A stretch of DNA of 64,000 nucleotides. Source: an uncultured delta proteobacterium (GTDB lineage: Bacteria > Desulfobacterota > Desulfobacteria > Desulfobacterales > Desulfatirhabdiaceae). This document shows positions 10,363 through 19,735 of this stretch, one piece after another (within the stretch, counting starts at the first letter, position 1; each line of letters begins with the position of its first letter). A model generated the notes under the pieces. It saw only the letters and a list, made by a program, of their open reading frames with translations, had not been told where the DNA came from and ran no database searches. The stretch spans positions 288,001 through 352,000 of the forward strand of contig CAWBKP010000022.1 of the NCBI GenBank assembly GCA_963789395.1, read 5' to 3'. Position numbers and translations under genes: made by a program.

Positions 10363-10812
10363 TTAAGTTTAAAATAATTAATAAAATTATAAATAATTGA
10401 TAAGTAATATAAAATATAGATAGTATGGAATTAGTTTAAAATTTATTCGAATTTATTTTACAATTACATGTTACTTAATATTTATTACGATAAACACAAA
10501 TATGTAGCATATTTTATAGAAGCTGCTGCAGGCATGGAAAGGCTTGGGTGAGTATTTGTTTTGTGGGTATCGGTGTTATTGGCAGGGCGACTGCTGGCTA
10601 TATTTTCTCCATCTAACGAAAATAACAGCGATCATGGATTGCACAAGCAACGCTTAACTTACAAAAATGTGAGCAGGCTTCAATATTGTTAATTTGGCAG
10701 TGTGATGATTGTTCGGCGTTTTGAAAAATTGCCTTGAAATAAATCTTTGCCAGTCATCCCATTCGATATATAACGTAATAAAAACTTGTCTTCGACTGAA
10801 GGGTGGAACTTC

Positions 10813-12063
10813 ATGAAACTGTTCGATATCCTGGCTGTATTGATCACGCTCTCGGCAGTGTTCAGCTATATCAATTACCGCTTCATCAAGCTGCCCACCA
10901 CCATCGGGGTAATGGTTATCTCGCTTCTGGGTTCCGTGGGGATCACGATGTTGAAACCCTTGGGATTCGGTCTGGACGAAGATGCGCTGAGACTGCTTAC
11001 CAGCATCGACTTTGACGAAACCCTGTTGCACGGCATGTTAAGCTTTCTGCTGTTTGCCGGGGCCTTGCACGTTGATCTGGACCGTCTGGCACGCCTGAAG
11101 TGGGTTATCGGCACGCTGGCCACGGCAGGGATGATCAGTTCGACGTTTATAATCGGATTTCTGGCCTATTTTGTGCTGGATGGGTTGGGTATCGGGTTGC
11201 CGCTGATTTACTGTCTGCTGTTCGGCGCTCTGATCTCCCCCACCGATCCGATTGCCGTGCTCGGCGTCCTGAAAAAAGCCAGGGTGCCGGAAAGCCTGGA
11301 AACCAAAATCTGCGGAGAGTCTCTGTTCAACGACGGGGTGGCGGTTGTCGTGTTTCTGGTTTTGCTTCAAATCGCCTCAGGCGGACAAGAGATTACGGTC
11401 GGGATGGTGGCGTGGTTATTTGCCAAGGATGCGCTTGGGGGGATTGTTTACGGACTGGTCATCGGAGCAATCGCATACGGTATGCTGAAAAGCATCGACA
11501 ACTACCAGGTGGAAGTGTTGATCACCCTGGCGCTGGTGGCTGGAGGATTCGCGCTGGCGGACGCACTCCATCTTTCCGGGCCGATTGCCATCGTTGTGGC
11601 GGGTCTGTTGATTGGAAACCACGGCCGGCTCTTTGCAATGTCCAACCGCACGCGGCAGCACCTGGATGATTTCTGGGAACTGGTGGACGAGGTGTTGAAT
11701 GCTGTCCTTTTTGTCCTGATGGGGCTGGAAGTGCTGGTGCTTTCCTGGCACCCCAGGTACCTGACCGCCATTGCACTATTGATTCCACTGGTGCTGCTGT
11801 CACGGTTCGTGAGTGTGGCCGTGCCCATTGTGTTTATGCGGCGCTTTCGCACGTTCAGTCCGCATGTAATCAAAATTCTTACCTGGGGAGGCCTGCGCGG
11901 TGGCATATCGGTTGCCATGGCGCTGTCGCTGCCGCCAGGAAATCACCGGAATGTTGTTTTGACCATCACCTATGCAGTGGTCGTATTTTCCATTATTGTC
12001 CAGGGCCTGACAGTCGGCAGACTTGTTGAGCTCACCGCGCAACCAACGGAGAGGGGTACTTGA
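10813..12063 (+). CDS. CPA1-family Na+(K+)/H+ antiporter (NhaP-like)
   Basis: FGALISPTDPIAV, GESLFNDGV, WGGLRGGISVA, SIIVQGLT; many TM helices. Confidence 0.92.
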   Translation: MKLFDILAVLITLSAVFSYINYRFIKLPTTIGVMVISLLGSVGITMLKPLGFGLDEDALRLLTSIDFDETLLHGMLSFLLFAGALHVDLDRLARLKWVIGTLATAGMISSTFIIGFLAYFVLDGLGIGLPLIYCLLFGALISPTDPIAVLGVLKKARVPESLETKICGESLFNDGVAVVVFLVLLQIASGGQEITVGMVAWLFAKDALGGIVYGLVIGAIAYGMLKSIDNYQVEVLITLALVAGGFALADALHLSGPIAIVVAGLLIGNHGRLFAMSNRTRQHLDDFWELVDEVLNAVLFVLMGLEVLVLSWHPRYLTAIALLIPLVLLSRFVSVAVPIVFMRRFRTFSPHVIKILTWGGLRGGISVAMALSLPPGNHRNVVLTITYAVVVFSIIVQGLTVGRLVELTAQPTERGT

Positions 12064-12129
12064 ATAAAATTGCATTTGATCGGGTGACGCGGTCAGTAGT
12101 GAAGGGAAACCCTCAACGGCTGAACCAGC

Positions 12130-13080
12130 TCAGGCATAACGGATGACGGCAGGCTTTCTTCCAGCAACCCGCTGATAGGTTTCATTGGGCCAGCCCAAAG
12201 CGATAATGGCGTGAGGGGTTTCCTGGTCGGGAATATCCAGCATCCGGGCGATTGATTTATCCCGCCGCATGGCTTCAATGACAAAACCGATCAGACAGGT
12301 GCCAAGCCCCATGGCATGGGCGGCAAGCAGCATGTTTGCGGTGGCCAGCAGGGCATCTTCGCACGGGCAGGATGCCTCATCGTCTGCAGCCACCACAATC
12401 ACGGCAGTTGCCCCGTGAAACAACAGATCCCGTTCACCTTTGTCCCATGCCCTCAGCCCCATCTCCACAGTGGAATAATGGAGGCGGTAGTAGGTGTCCA
12501 GTTCCGGCTTGCCGATCAGCTTTAATCCGGTTCTGAGCCATCGGTTTTGAGCCATGCGGTTGGTTTTTCTGAAAAAATCGCCAACCCGGCGGCCCAGTCG
12601 GTTGACGGCATCGCGGTCCGGGAGGATAGTGAAGGTCCATGGCTGGCAATTGGACCCGGATGGAGCGGTAATGCCCACTTTTGCCAGATCTTCCAGAAGC
12701 GTTCGATCCACGGGCCGGTCGGTAAAATTTCTGCAGGAACGCCGTGAAGCCATGAGATTTACCAGGCTCGTGGTGTCAAACCGGCCATGGGCAAGCCAAC
12801 GGATATCGGCGGAAAAAGTTTGAAATTGAGATACCGCGATATCCACTGCCGCCACCCGGATGGCTTCGACCGGACATGCAGCCGCACAATGGTCGCAATT
12901 GAGGGATTCGACGCCTTGGATCACCGCCTTGCCGGCCTCGATAATCAGTGTCTCTTTGGGGCACACCGGTATACACAGCCCGCAGCCGATGCACCGGTCA
13001 AGGTCAATAGACGTTGTAACTTCACGGCTCTGGAATTGTCTTTTGGAACCAGAAATTTTTTGTGAATTGCTGCTTGACAT
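12130..13080 (-). CDS. Nitroreductase-family protein with N-terminal ferredoxin domain
   Basis: CIGCGLCIPVCP and SLNCDHCAAACP; RRSCRNF, APSGSNCQPW, AAHAMGLGTCLIG. Confidence 0.9.
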   Translation of the reverse strand: MSSSNSQKISGSKRQFQSREVTTSIDLDRCIGCGLCIPVCPKETLIIEAGKAVIQGVESLNCDHCAAACPVEAIRVAAVDIAVSQFQTFSADIRWLAHGRFDTTSLVNLMASRRSCRNFTDRPVDRTLLEDLAKVGITAPSGSNCQPWTFTILPDRDAVNRLGRRVGDFFRKTNRMAQNRWLRTGLKLIGKPELDTYYRLHYSTVEMGLRAWDKGERDLLFHGATAVIVVAADDEASCPCEDALLATANMLLAAHAMGLGTCLIGFVIEAMRRDKSIARMLDIPDQETPHAIIALGWPNETYQRVAGRKPAVIRYA

Positions 13081-13204
13081 GAATTGTCCCTGCATTAACA
13101 TTCGCATTGTTTTTTTAGGAAATCATCCCCAAATATATTGGCTGCAACCAAGAAAAAAACCTGTCGGGCATTCCGTATGCCTTCCGGGACAAAGGAATTG
13201 ACCA

Positions 13205-14071
13205 ATGAAAAAATTCCGGTATCATCAGGTTATCTCATCTGTGCTGTGGAACCTGTTTCTGATTTCAGCAGGATCGCTGGTGTTCGGCATTGGATTAAAG
13301 TCCATCGCCATTCCACAAGGATTCATCACCGGCGGCATTTCAGGCCTGACCCTGCTATTTTACTACGTCACCGGTCTTCTTTCACCGGGCTTGTGCTATC
13401 TGATAGTCAATGTCCCCATCTTTCTGGTGGGCTGGATCTACATCAGCCGGCGGTTCTTCTTTTACAGCCTGTTCGGCGTGGCCGCCCTTTCTCTATCCAT
13501 CGACCTGATCGGGTTCGCCTTACCCATCAAAGAGCCGATCCTGGCCGTACTGGTCGGCGGCGTGCTCATGGGAACCGGCTCGGGTCTGATCCTCCACTCA
13601 CTGGGGTCTGCAGGCGGGTTGGACATTATTGGAATTATTCTGAACCAGAAATTCAGCCTCCGTCTGGGCACATTCTACTTTGCCTTCAATGTGGTGCTGT
13701 TTGCCTTCAGTTTCGGTGCGTTGGATGCCGATCTGGTGCTCTATTCCCTTTTTATGAGCTTTATTTCGTCCCAGACATTGGATTACGTATTGACCATTTC
13801 CAACCAGCGAAAAATGGTGTTCATCATTTCCGATTTAAACGATCGCATTGCTACGGAGATCCAGACCCGACTCACCCGGGGCGTCACCTTTTTAAACGGC
13901 AGCGGGGCGTATACGGGCAAAGTCAAAAAAATCATCCTCACGGTGGTCCACAACTACCAGATGAAGCCGCTGGAAGAATTGGCCCTATCCATCGATCCGG
14001 ACGCCTTCGTCATCACGGAAAATACCTTCAACGTGCTGGGAAGGGGGTTTTCCAGGCGAAAGGTGTATTGA
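13205..14071 (+). CDS. YitT-family membrane protein (DUF161/DUF2179)
   Basis: GGISGL, GSAGGLDII, RGVTFLNGSGAYTG, IDPDAF, VLGRGF. Confidence 0.9.
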   Translation: MKKFRYHQVISSVLWNLFLISAGSLVFGIGLKSIAIPQGFITGGISGLTLLFYYVTGLLSPGLCYLIVNVPIFLVGWIYISRRFFFYSLFGVAALSLSIDLIGFALPIKEPILAVLVGGVLMGTGSGLILHSLGSAGGLDIIGIILNQKFSLRLGTFYFAFNVVLFAFSFGALDADLVLYSLFMSFISSQTLDYVLTISNQRKMVFIISDLNDRIATEIQTRLTRGVTFLNGSGAYTGKVKKIILTVVHNYQMKPLEELALSIDPDAFVITENTFNVLGRGFSRRKVY

Positions 14072-14158
14072 AAAAAATACGATCCCCGAATCCAACATAT
14101 TGGAGAAAATATACGTAACGTTCCCAACGGTTCTGAATCCAGGCGGATTTTTACCCTG

Positions 14159-15160
14159 TTATATCTTCTGGTGATGGATGGCGTTCTGGATTGCAATCCC
14201 GCCCTGTTCGGCCACGGCCATGGCGAAGTTGATATCGGCAGGGGAGAAATACCGGACCTCCGAGGTCAGCAGCCGTATCATGCCGATGGTCTCATCCTGA
14301 ACCATGATTGGAACTGCCAGAACGCTGCCGACCCCTTCGGCGGCGGCTTCTTTGTGGTAGATCGTATGCAGATCGACGGTGGCATCGGGGATCATGACCG
14401 GCTCCCCCTTGAGGATATAATATGTTGCCAGTTCGTCATCAAGCGGTCCGCGTTCCAGATAGGATTTGCTCAGGCCGTAGGCGGCTTTCAGCTCCATGCG
14501 GCCCCTGGCCGATTCCATCAGTCGGATGGTACAGGCCTTTAAATTCATGACTTCCGTCAACCGCGTCACGATCAGGTTTAAAATATCATCCAGTTTCCGG
14601 GTGGCGTTGATGGTTTTGCCGATTTCGTAAACCGCCTTAAAATAACTCAACTGACGGTTCTGTTCTTCGTAAATCCGGGCGTTTTCAATGGCGATGCCGC
14701 ATTGGACGGCCAGGGCCGCCACAAAATCGATTTCCTGCGCATCAAATACACGGGGGCTTCGGGTCAGCAGCCTGAGGATGCCGCATATTTTACCGCGGAT
14801 GGGGATCGGCACTACCAGAATGCTTTTAATCCCTTCTTTGCGGGCTTCTTCAGGATAGTGAATGCGGGGATCGCAGGAGGCATCGAAAATGGCAATCGGC
14901 GTTCCTTTGAGGGCATTCATCACACTGCTTTCCGTATCCACCTGACCTCGCTGCAGGTAGGTGTCACTGAGACCGGATGCAGCGTGCAGCACCAGCTTTT
15001 TGCCGCTGGAATCCAGCAGTCTGATGGTTGCTGCATCCACGCCGATGACTTCGGGGATTTTCTGGGCGATAAGGCTGAAAACATCATTCATATGGTGTTT
15101 GGATGTGATCGCCTGAGTCACATCGATAAACAGTTTCAGATATGTTTTGTCTCGATCCAT
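14159..15160 (-). CDS. Tandem GAF-GAF protein without output domain
   Basis: Two internally homologous GAF units (AASGLSDTYLQRG...EGIKSILVVPI and AAYGLSKSYLERG...EGVGSVLAVPI); AAGGAGG RBS. Confidence 0.85.
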   Translation of the reverse strand: MDRDKTYLKLFIDVTQAITSKHHMNDVFSLIAQKIPEVIGVDAATIRLLDSSGKKLVLHAASGLSDTYLQRGQVDTESSVMNALKGTPIAIFDASCDPRIHYPEEARKEGIKSILVVPIPIRGKICGILRLLTRSPRVFDAQEIDFVAALAVQCGIAIENARIYEEQNRQLSYFKAVYEIGKTINATRKLDDILNLIVTRLTEVMNLKACTIRLMESARGRMELKAAYGLSKSYLERGPLDDELATYYILKGEPVMIPDATVDLHTIYHKEAAAEGVGSVLAVPIMVQDETIGMIRLLTSEVRYFSPADINFAMAVAEQGGIAIQNAIHHQKI

Positions 15161-15226
15161 GGTTAAAATAAACCCTCCTTTATGGTTCATGCGGTATGAT
15201 GAGCGCATCCCTTGCTCATTCACCAG

Positions 15227-15763
15227 TCACTGCCTCATGATACGCCGACTTCTCCGGTTAAGATATCCCCGAACCAGAATGATCAGAATCGGAACCCCCA
15301 GAAAAACGGCGTCGTCTGTCTGGCCGGGCGACAAATCCGGCATGAAGCAATACATGATTCCTCCCATGAGAAGACTGGTCCGCAGCGCCCTGCCATACCC
15401 CATGAACGTGAATACCCTTAAAAAAGTCATCCACAGGAATGTCCAGAAACAGAACGCCATCAAATCCGCAAGCAGGCGGTATTTCAAGGGGATCAGTTCC
15501 GATAGGGAATTCAGTGCGGCCCTCATAGCGGACGTCTCCTGTCGAAGACGGATGGCAATGATATCCTCAATTGTCATGTTGCTTTCAATGTAGGTGCCGG
15601 AAGGGATGAGCCTGTCCAGCGTAAATGCCGATCCCGTTTTGTGCAGATCGTCATTTGTAATACCAAACGGGAGTTGAAGCACATGTCGCACCACTAGTAA
15701 GGCCGTGGCACAAAAGACAATCAGCAAAAGCAGCAGCGTGATCTGAGCAACCGTCTTTTTCAT
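15227..15763 (-). CDS. Hypothetical membrane protein
   Basis: 178 aa ORF with an N-terminal TM/signal and about three C-terminal hydrophobic helices; AAGGA RBS; fills the gap between same-strand genes. Confidence 0.7.
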   Translation of the reverse strand: MKKTVAQITLLLLLIVFCATALLVVRHVLQLPFGITNDDLHKTGSAFTLDRLIPSGTYIESNMTIEDIIAIRLRQETSAMRAALNSLSELIPLKYRLLADLMAFCFWTFLWMTFLRVFTFMGYGRALRTSLLMGGIMYCFMPDLSPGQTDDAVFLGVPILIILVRGYLNRRSRRIMRQ

Positions 15764-15830
15764 GGTATAGGCATCCTTTTAACCCATATGATTCGATAGA
15801 AATGACATTATTTCCTTTTTACAGATGCCA

Positions 15831-17168
15831 TCAATCGCGGGTTGTTTTCTTAAACGATGCTTTCGGAAAAAAACAGTAAGGGCATGTCTCCGGCGCTTCC
15901 TCGCCATAATGCACATACCCGCATATCGGGCATCGCCACGCAGCGGATTCATCAGTATCCGTTACTGCTTGAGGATTTTTTCCCCGGTGAACGGGAGCGT
16001 CCTCCAATGCCGGCATCACCGACTGATAACTGTTAAGCACATGTCCCGAGATAATCATTCGCTGAATTTCGCTGGTGCCTTCATAGATTTTATACAATCG
16101 GATGTCGCGGTACAGTTTTTCAATGGGATACATTTTTGTATATCCATACCCGCCAAAAATCTGCAACGATTCATTTACCACTTCAAGTGCCGCTTCCGTG
16201 GCATACATTTTGGCTATGGATGCAGAGACGGTGGGATCCATGCCACTATCCGCCTCCCATGACGCTTTCCAGACCAGCAGCCTGGATGTTTCAATCTTTT
16301 GATACATCTCCGCCAATTTAAACTGAATCGCCTGGAAATCGGATAGGTTCGTGCCGAAAGCGCGGCGTTTTTTGGCATAACTGATGGCATACTCCATGGC
16401 GGATCGGGCCGCCCCCACTGCAAACGCACCGATTGCCGGCCGCGTTCTTGAAAAGGTTTTCATCGCCAGCGCAAAGCCTTCTCCCGGCTGCGCCAGCACA
16501 TTCTCCTTGGGAACCCGCACATTTTGAAAGTGAAGCCCTGCGGTATTGGAACACCGCTGCCCGAGTTTGGGAATTGCGGTTCCGATCGAGACGCCATTCC
16601 ATTGTTTTTCGACCAGAAACGCACAGATGCCCTTATGTTGGGATTTTGGGTCCACCGTTGCAAAAATCGAAAAAAAATCCGCGATGCCCCCGTTGGTCAC
16701 CCAGTATTTTGTTCCGTTTAAAATATAATCATCGCCGTCCCGGGTTGCCGTGCATCGCATCCCCGAAACATCGGAGCCCATCAAAGGCTCGGAAGTGGCA
16801 AAACCGATGAGGTTGAATTGATTGACGAACAGCGAAAGATATTTCTGTTTTGCCGCTTCGTTTTCAGAGCGTATCAGCGGTTCCATGCCAAGCGCATTGT
16901 CAAATATGGAGGTTGCGATTCCCGGACACGCCGCGGCGATCTCTTCCACAATGACCACCCCTTCGGTGACGCCGAAGCCCGCGCCTCCATATTGCTTCGG
17001 TATTTGGGCGGTTGTAAAACCGGCTTCAAACGCCATTTTAATTGCCGATATCGGTGTCTCATCCATCTCGTCATAATAGGCGGCAATCGGCAGGACGTGT
17101 TTTAGAGCAAACTCACGGGCTTTTTGTCTCAGCTCTGTTTGTGCGGGCGAAAGCGTAAAATCCAACAT
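15831..17168 (-). CDS. Acyl-CoA dehydrogenase with C-terminal rubredoxin-like domain
   Basis: FATSEPLMGSD, LNGTKYWVTNG, QIFGGYGY, IYEGTSEIQR; tail WRCPICGY...TCPYC; start MLDF after GGAGGG. Confidence 0.92.
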   Translation of the reverse strand: MLDFTLSPAQTELRQKAREFALKHVLPIAAYYDEMDETPISAIKMAFEAGFTTAQIPKQYGGAGFGVTEGVVIVEEIAAACPGIATSIFDNALGMEPLIRSENEAAKQKYLSLFVNQFNLIGFATSEPLMGSDVSGMRCTATRDGDDYILNGTKYWVTNGGIADFFSIFATVDPKSQHKGICAFLVEKQWNGVSIGTAIPKLGQRCSNTAGLHFQNVRVPKENVLAQPGEGFALAMKTFSRTRPAIGAFAVGAARSAMEYAISYAKKRRAFGTNLSDFQAIQFKLAEMYQKIETSRLLVWKASWEADSGMDPTVSASIAKMYATEAALEVVNESLQIFGGYGYTKMYPIEKLYRDIRLYKIYEGTSEIQRMIISGHVLNSYQSVMPALEDAPVHRGKNPQAVTDTDESAAWRCPICGYVHYGEEAPETCPYCFFPKASFKKTTRD

Positions 17169-17268
17169 GATATTCCCTCCCTTCTTTTGAATGGATGAAA
17201 GGACCTCTCGGGTTTCAGGAAATTGATTCCGGACAGTGAAAGATCTGACGGTGCCCGGTTTCAAAAGG

Positions 17269-19461
17269 TCAAGCCATAAGGGATGCATCCCCGGCATTGT
17301 AAACCATAATCACATCTCCAGGAAGCGCCATGGTTTCGTTCAGATCGCTTATGCGGCATTCTGGCGAATTGTCGGCGGAAGGTTCAAATCCGGCGAACAG
17401 CACCGCCGATGGATGCATTGCCTGGCCTATGGCTTTCAGCGGATCCTCGGTGGGCAACACCACAATTTCCGCCGTGATCCGCGATATGGACAGCAATTCA
17501 GTCATTTCATGGATGACATTCTCCACGTCCGCCTTTAACGGGACAGGACGAAGGATGCGCAGGGAATGGTGTCGCCATTGCCGGTTCTGTCGAAGCAGAA
17601 ACGCCAGCAGCAGCATCAATGCGCCGTTCTGAGGATCGGTCCACCAGATATTGATCGCACCGGACGGAATTGAAAACGAATCACGATCCTCCTCACAACG
17701 GACGATGATCAGACTGCGTTGCAGTGCTTGAGAAAGACAGATGACTTCGGAAAACATTTCTATTCTTGCAGGATCTTCACTCCAGCCCATCAACACGGTG
17801 TTCGGCCGCAACCCGCCGATGCCATGGCATTGAAGTAGCGCCCTGACCCCTTCGCCGATATTTTCTTCAACCAGAACAACCGGAAAAGCCGGAAGCGCGT
17901 TTTCACGGATAAACTTTCGCAGCAGTTGTTCTGCATGGACACGTCGCACGATACGGTCTTCCAGATCCCCTTGAATAACCTGCCCCAGTGTCACGATGCC
18001 TCGGCCGGCGGCCAGCCAGCAGGCATATTGGGCAATATGGAAACGGCTCCAGGCGGCGCCGCTGAGTGCCAGAATGATCGGGCGCCAGTTTTTGGGATGA
18101 TACCTTTCCCGTTCAAGTCTCAGGAGTGCGTTTCGTGCCTGCTGAAACGCCAGGCCGCTGCCGAGATCTCCCCACTGGACGATGATTTCCGTCCGGACAA
18201 TCAGCCCGTAAAGTACTCCGGCCATGATCAGTGCAACAATCGCCCAGGCCGTGTTGATCAGCAGCATGACAACCAGGCAGCCCAGAGCGCCTATCAGCGC
18301 AATAGACCAGTGGTGTATCCGGAAAGTCGGGCGATAGCTCGGGTTGCGTGTGATCGCCTCGTAAAAGCAGGCAAGATTGACGGTTCCGTATGTCATCAGA
18401 AAGAACATGGTGATGACGGGCGCGATGCTGTTCAAATCACCGACCATGATACCCAGCTGCGAGATGAGAAAGGTCAGTACAATGGCACGGCGCGGTTCGC
18501 TGCCATAACCAAACCATTTGAGCCAGCTGAACACATTGTCCCGTGCAAATGCCTGCAAAATGCGGGGAGCTCCCATCATGCTGCCGAGTGCCGATGATAA
18601 CGTGGCGGCGATCACGCCTGCGTAAATCAGCGGGGCTGACCAGGCGATGTCCTTCATGACAAAGTCCGGACCGACCAGAATCGACCGGGAACGACTGGCA
18701 GCCAGCAGGATGGCGATATACGCATAGATCATGCTGGTCACGCCAATGGCCGCGAACGTACCGTCTGGAAGAGATCGGCTGGGATTCTTAAGGTCTCCGG
18801 ACATGTTCACGCCAGCCATGATGCCGGTTACGGCCGGGAAAAACAGTGCAAAAACGGTAAAAACCGATTGTTCCTCCGTCCAGTTCGGAGACAGATTGGC
18901 CCGAAGCGTTTCATACGAAAAACCCGCCACTGCGCCGGCAAAAAAAGATCCGATCGAAATCAACAGAATCGCCAGGATTGCGTATTGGATGCGGATCGTC
19001 CATCCCGCGCCGATATAGACACAGACAAAAACAGCCATATTGGTCAGCGTGGCCACGGCCAAAAAAGACTGGCCGATAGTCGGGAATGCCGAGAATATGG
19101 CCTCTGTGAAGCCCATCACATACAGGGTAACCGCCACTGCCTGTGCCACATAAAAAAACACGGCAATGACCCCGCCGAATTCCACGCCAAGGCTCCGGCT
19201 GATCAGAAAATAGGCGCCGCCGCCCCGAACCTGCATATTCGTAGCAATGGATGCGATGGACAGGCCGGTGATGGTTGTAATGGCTTTGGCGCACAGCAGA
19301 ATCAGCAAAGAACCCCAGAGTCCGGCATATCCGACGACCTGTGCATACCGCAGAAACATGATCACCCCCAGTATGGTCAGAACGCTGGGGGTAAATACAC
19401 CGCCGAAGGTGCCGAACTTTTTGGGCTGGTGCTCGGAAACTAATGGCTTCTTTTCAGTCAT
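17269..19461 (-). CDS. Cation-chloride cotransporter (SLC12/CCC)-like APC transporter
   Basis: GVFTPSVLTILGVIMFLR, GGAYFLISRSLG, FFPAVTGIMAG, APRILQAFARD, YRPTF, KNWRP and a large cytoplasmic C-domain. Confidence 0.85.
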   Translation of the reverse strand: MTEKKPLVSEHQPKKFGTFGGVFTPSVLTILGVIMFLRYAQVVGYAGLWGSLLILLCAKAITTITGLSIASIATNMQVRGGGAYFLISRSLGVEFGGVIAVFFYVAQAVAVTLYVMGFTEAIFSAFPTIGQSFLAVATLTNMAVFVCVYIGAGWTIRIQYAILAILLISIGSFFAGAVAGFSYETLRANLSPNWTEEQSVFTVFALFFPAVTGIMAGVNMSGDLKNPSRSLPDGTFAAIGVTSMIYAYIAILLAASRSRSILVGPDFVMKDIAWSAPLIYAGVIAATLSSALGSMMGAPRILQAFARDNVFSWLKWFGYGSEPRRAIVLTFLISQLGIMVGDLNSIAPVITMFFLMTYGTVNLACFYEAITRNPSYRPTFRIHHWSIALIGALGCLVVMLLINTAWAIVALIMAGVLYGLIVRTEIIVQWGDLGSGLAFQQARNALLRLERERYHPKNWRPIILALSGAAWSRFHIAQYACWLAAGRGIVTLGQVIQGDLEDRIVRRVHAEQLLRKFIRENALPAFPVVLVEENIGEGVRALLQCHGIGGLRPNTVLMGWSEDPARIEMFSEVICLSQALQRSLIIVRCEEDRDSFSIPSGAINIWWTDPQNGALMLLLAFLLRQNRQWRHHSLRILRPVPLKADVENVIHEMTELLSISRITAEIVVLPTEDPLKAIGQAMHPSAVLFAGFEPSADNSPECRISDLNETMALPGDVIMVYNAGDASLMA

Positions 19462-19735
19462 ATACGCCCATGAATGATCGTTGGTTGTCTAAAAATGCTT
19501 TTTACATATTTTCTATATCTCATGATTTTTTCAGAATCACAATAATTTGCTGGACCTGCAAAAGCCCGATATTCTCCGTGAACGTCATGCCGGCGAACGG
19601 TCAATTACAGGGGCATCAGCTAATGGCAAATATGCTATGCGCCGGATGAGGCGCCCGTTCGCCGGGTTTACAATTTTCACCAAACGTATTATACAAAAAC
19701 TCCAACCTGAATGAATCAACCAGTGGAGGCTGCAC

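Noticed and set aside
13138..14118. 326 aa plus-strand ORF overlapping the YitT gene
   Set aside because: Alternative frame of a well-supported gene with implausible composition
19590..19665. Fluoride or Na+ riboswitch identity for the structured element
   Set aside because: GCTGATGCCCCTG resembles the fluoride 3' motif, but the 5' GGNGATG element is missing on that strand; no convincing match to either class
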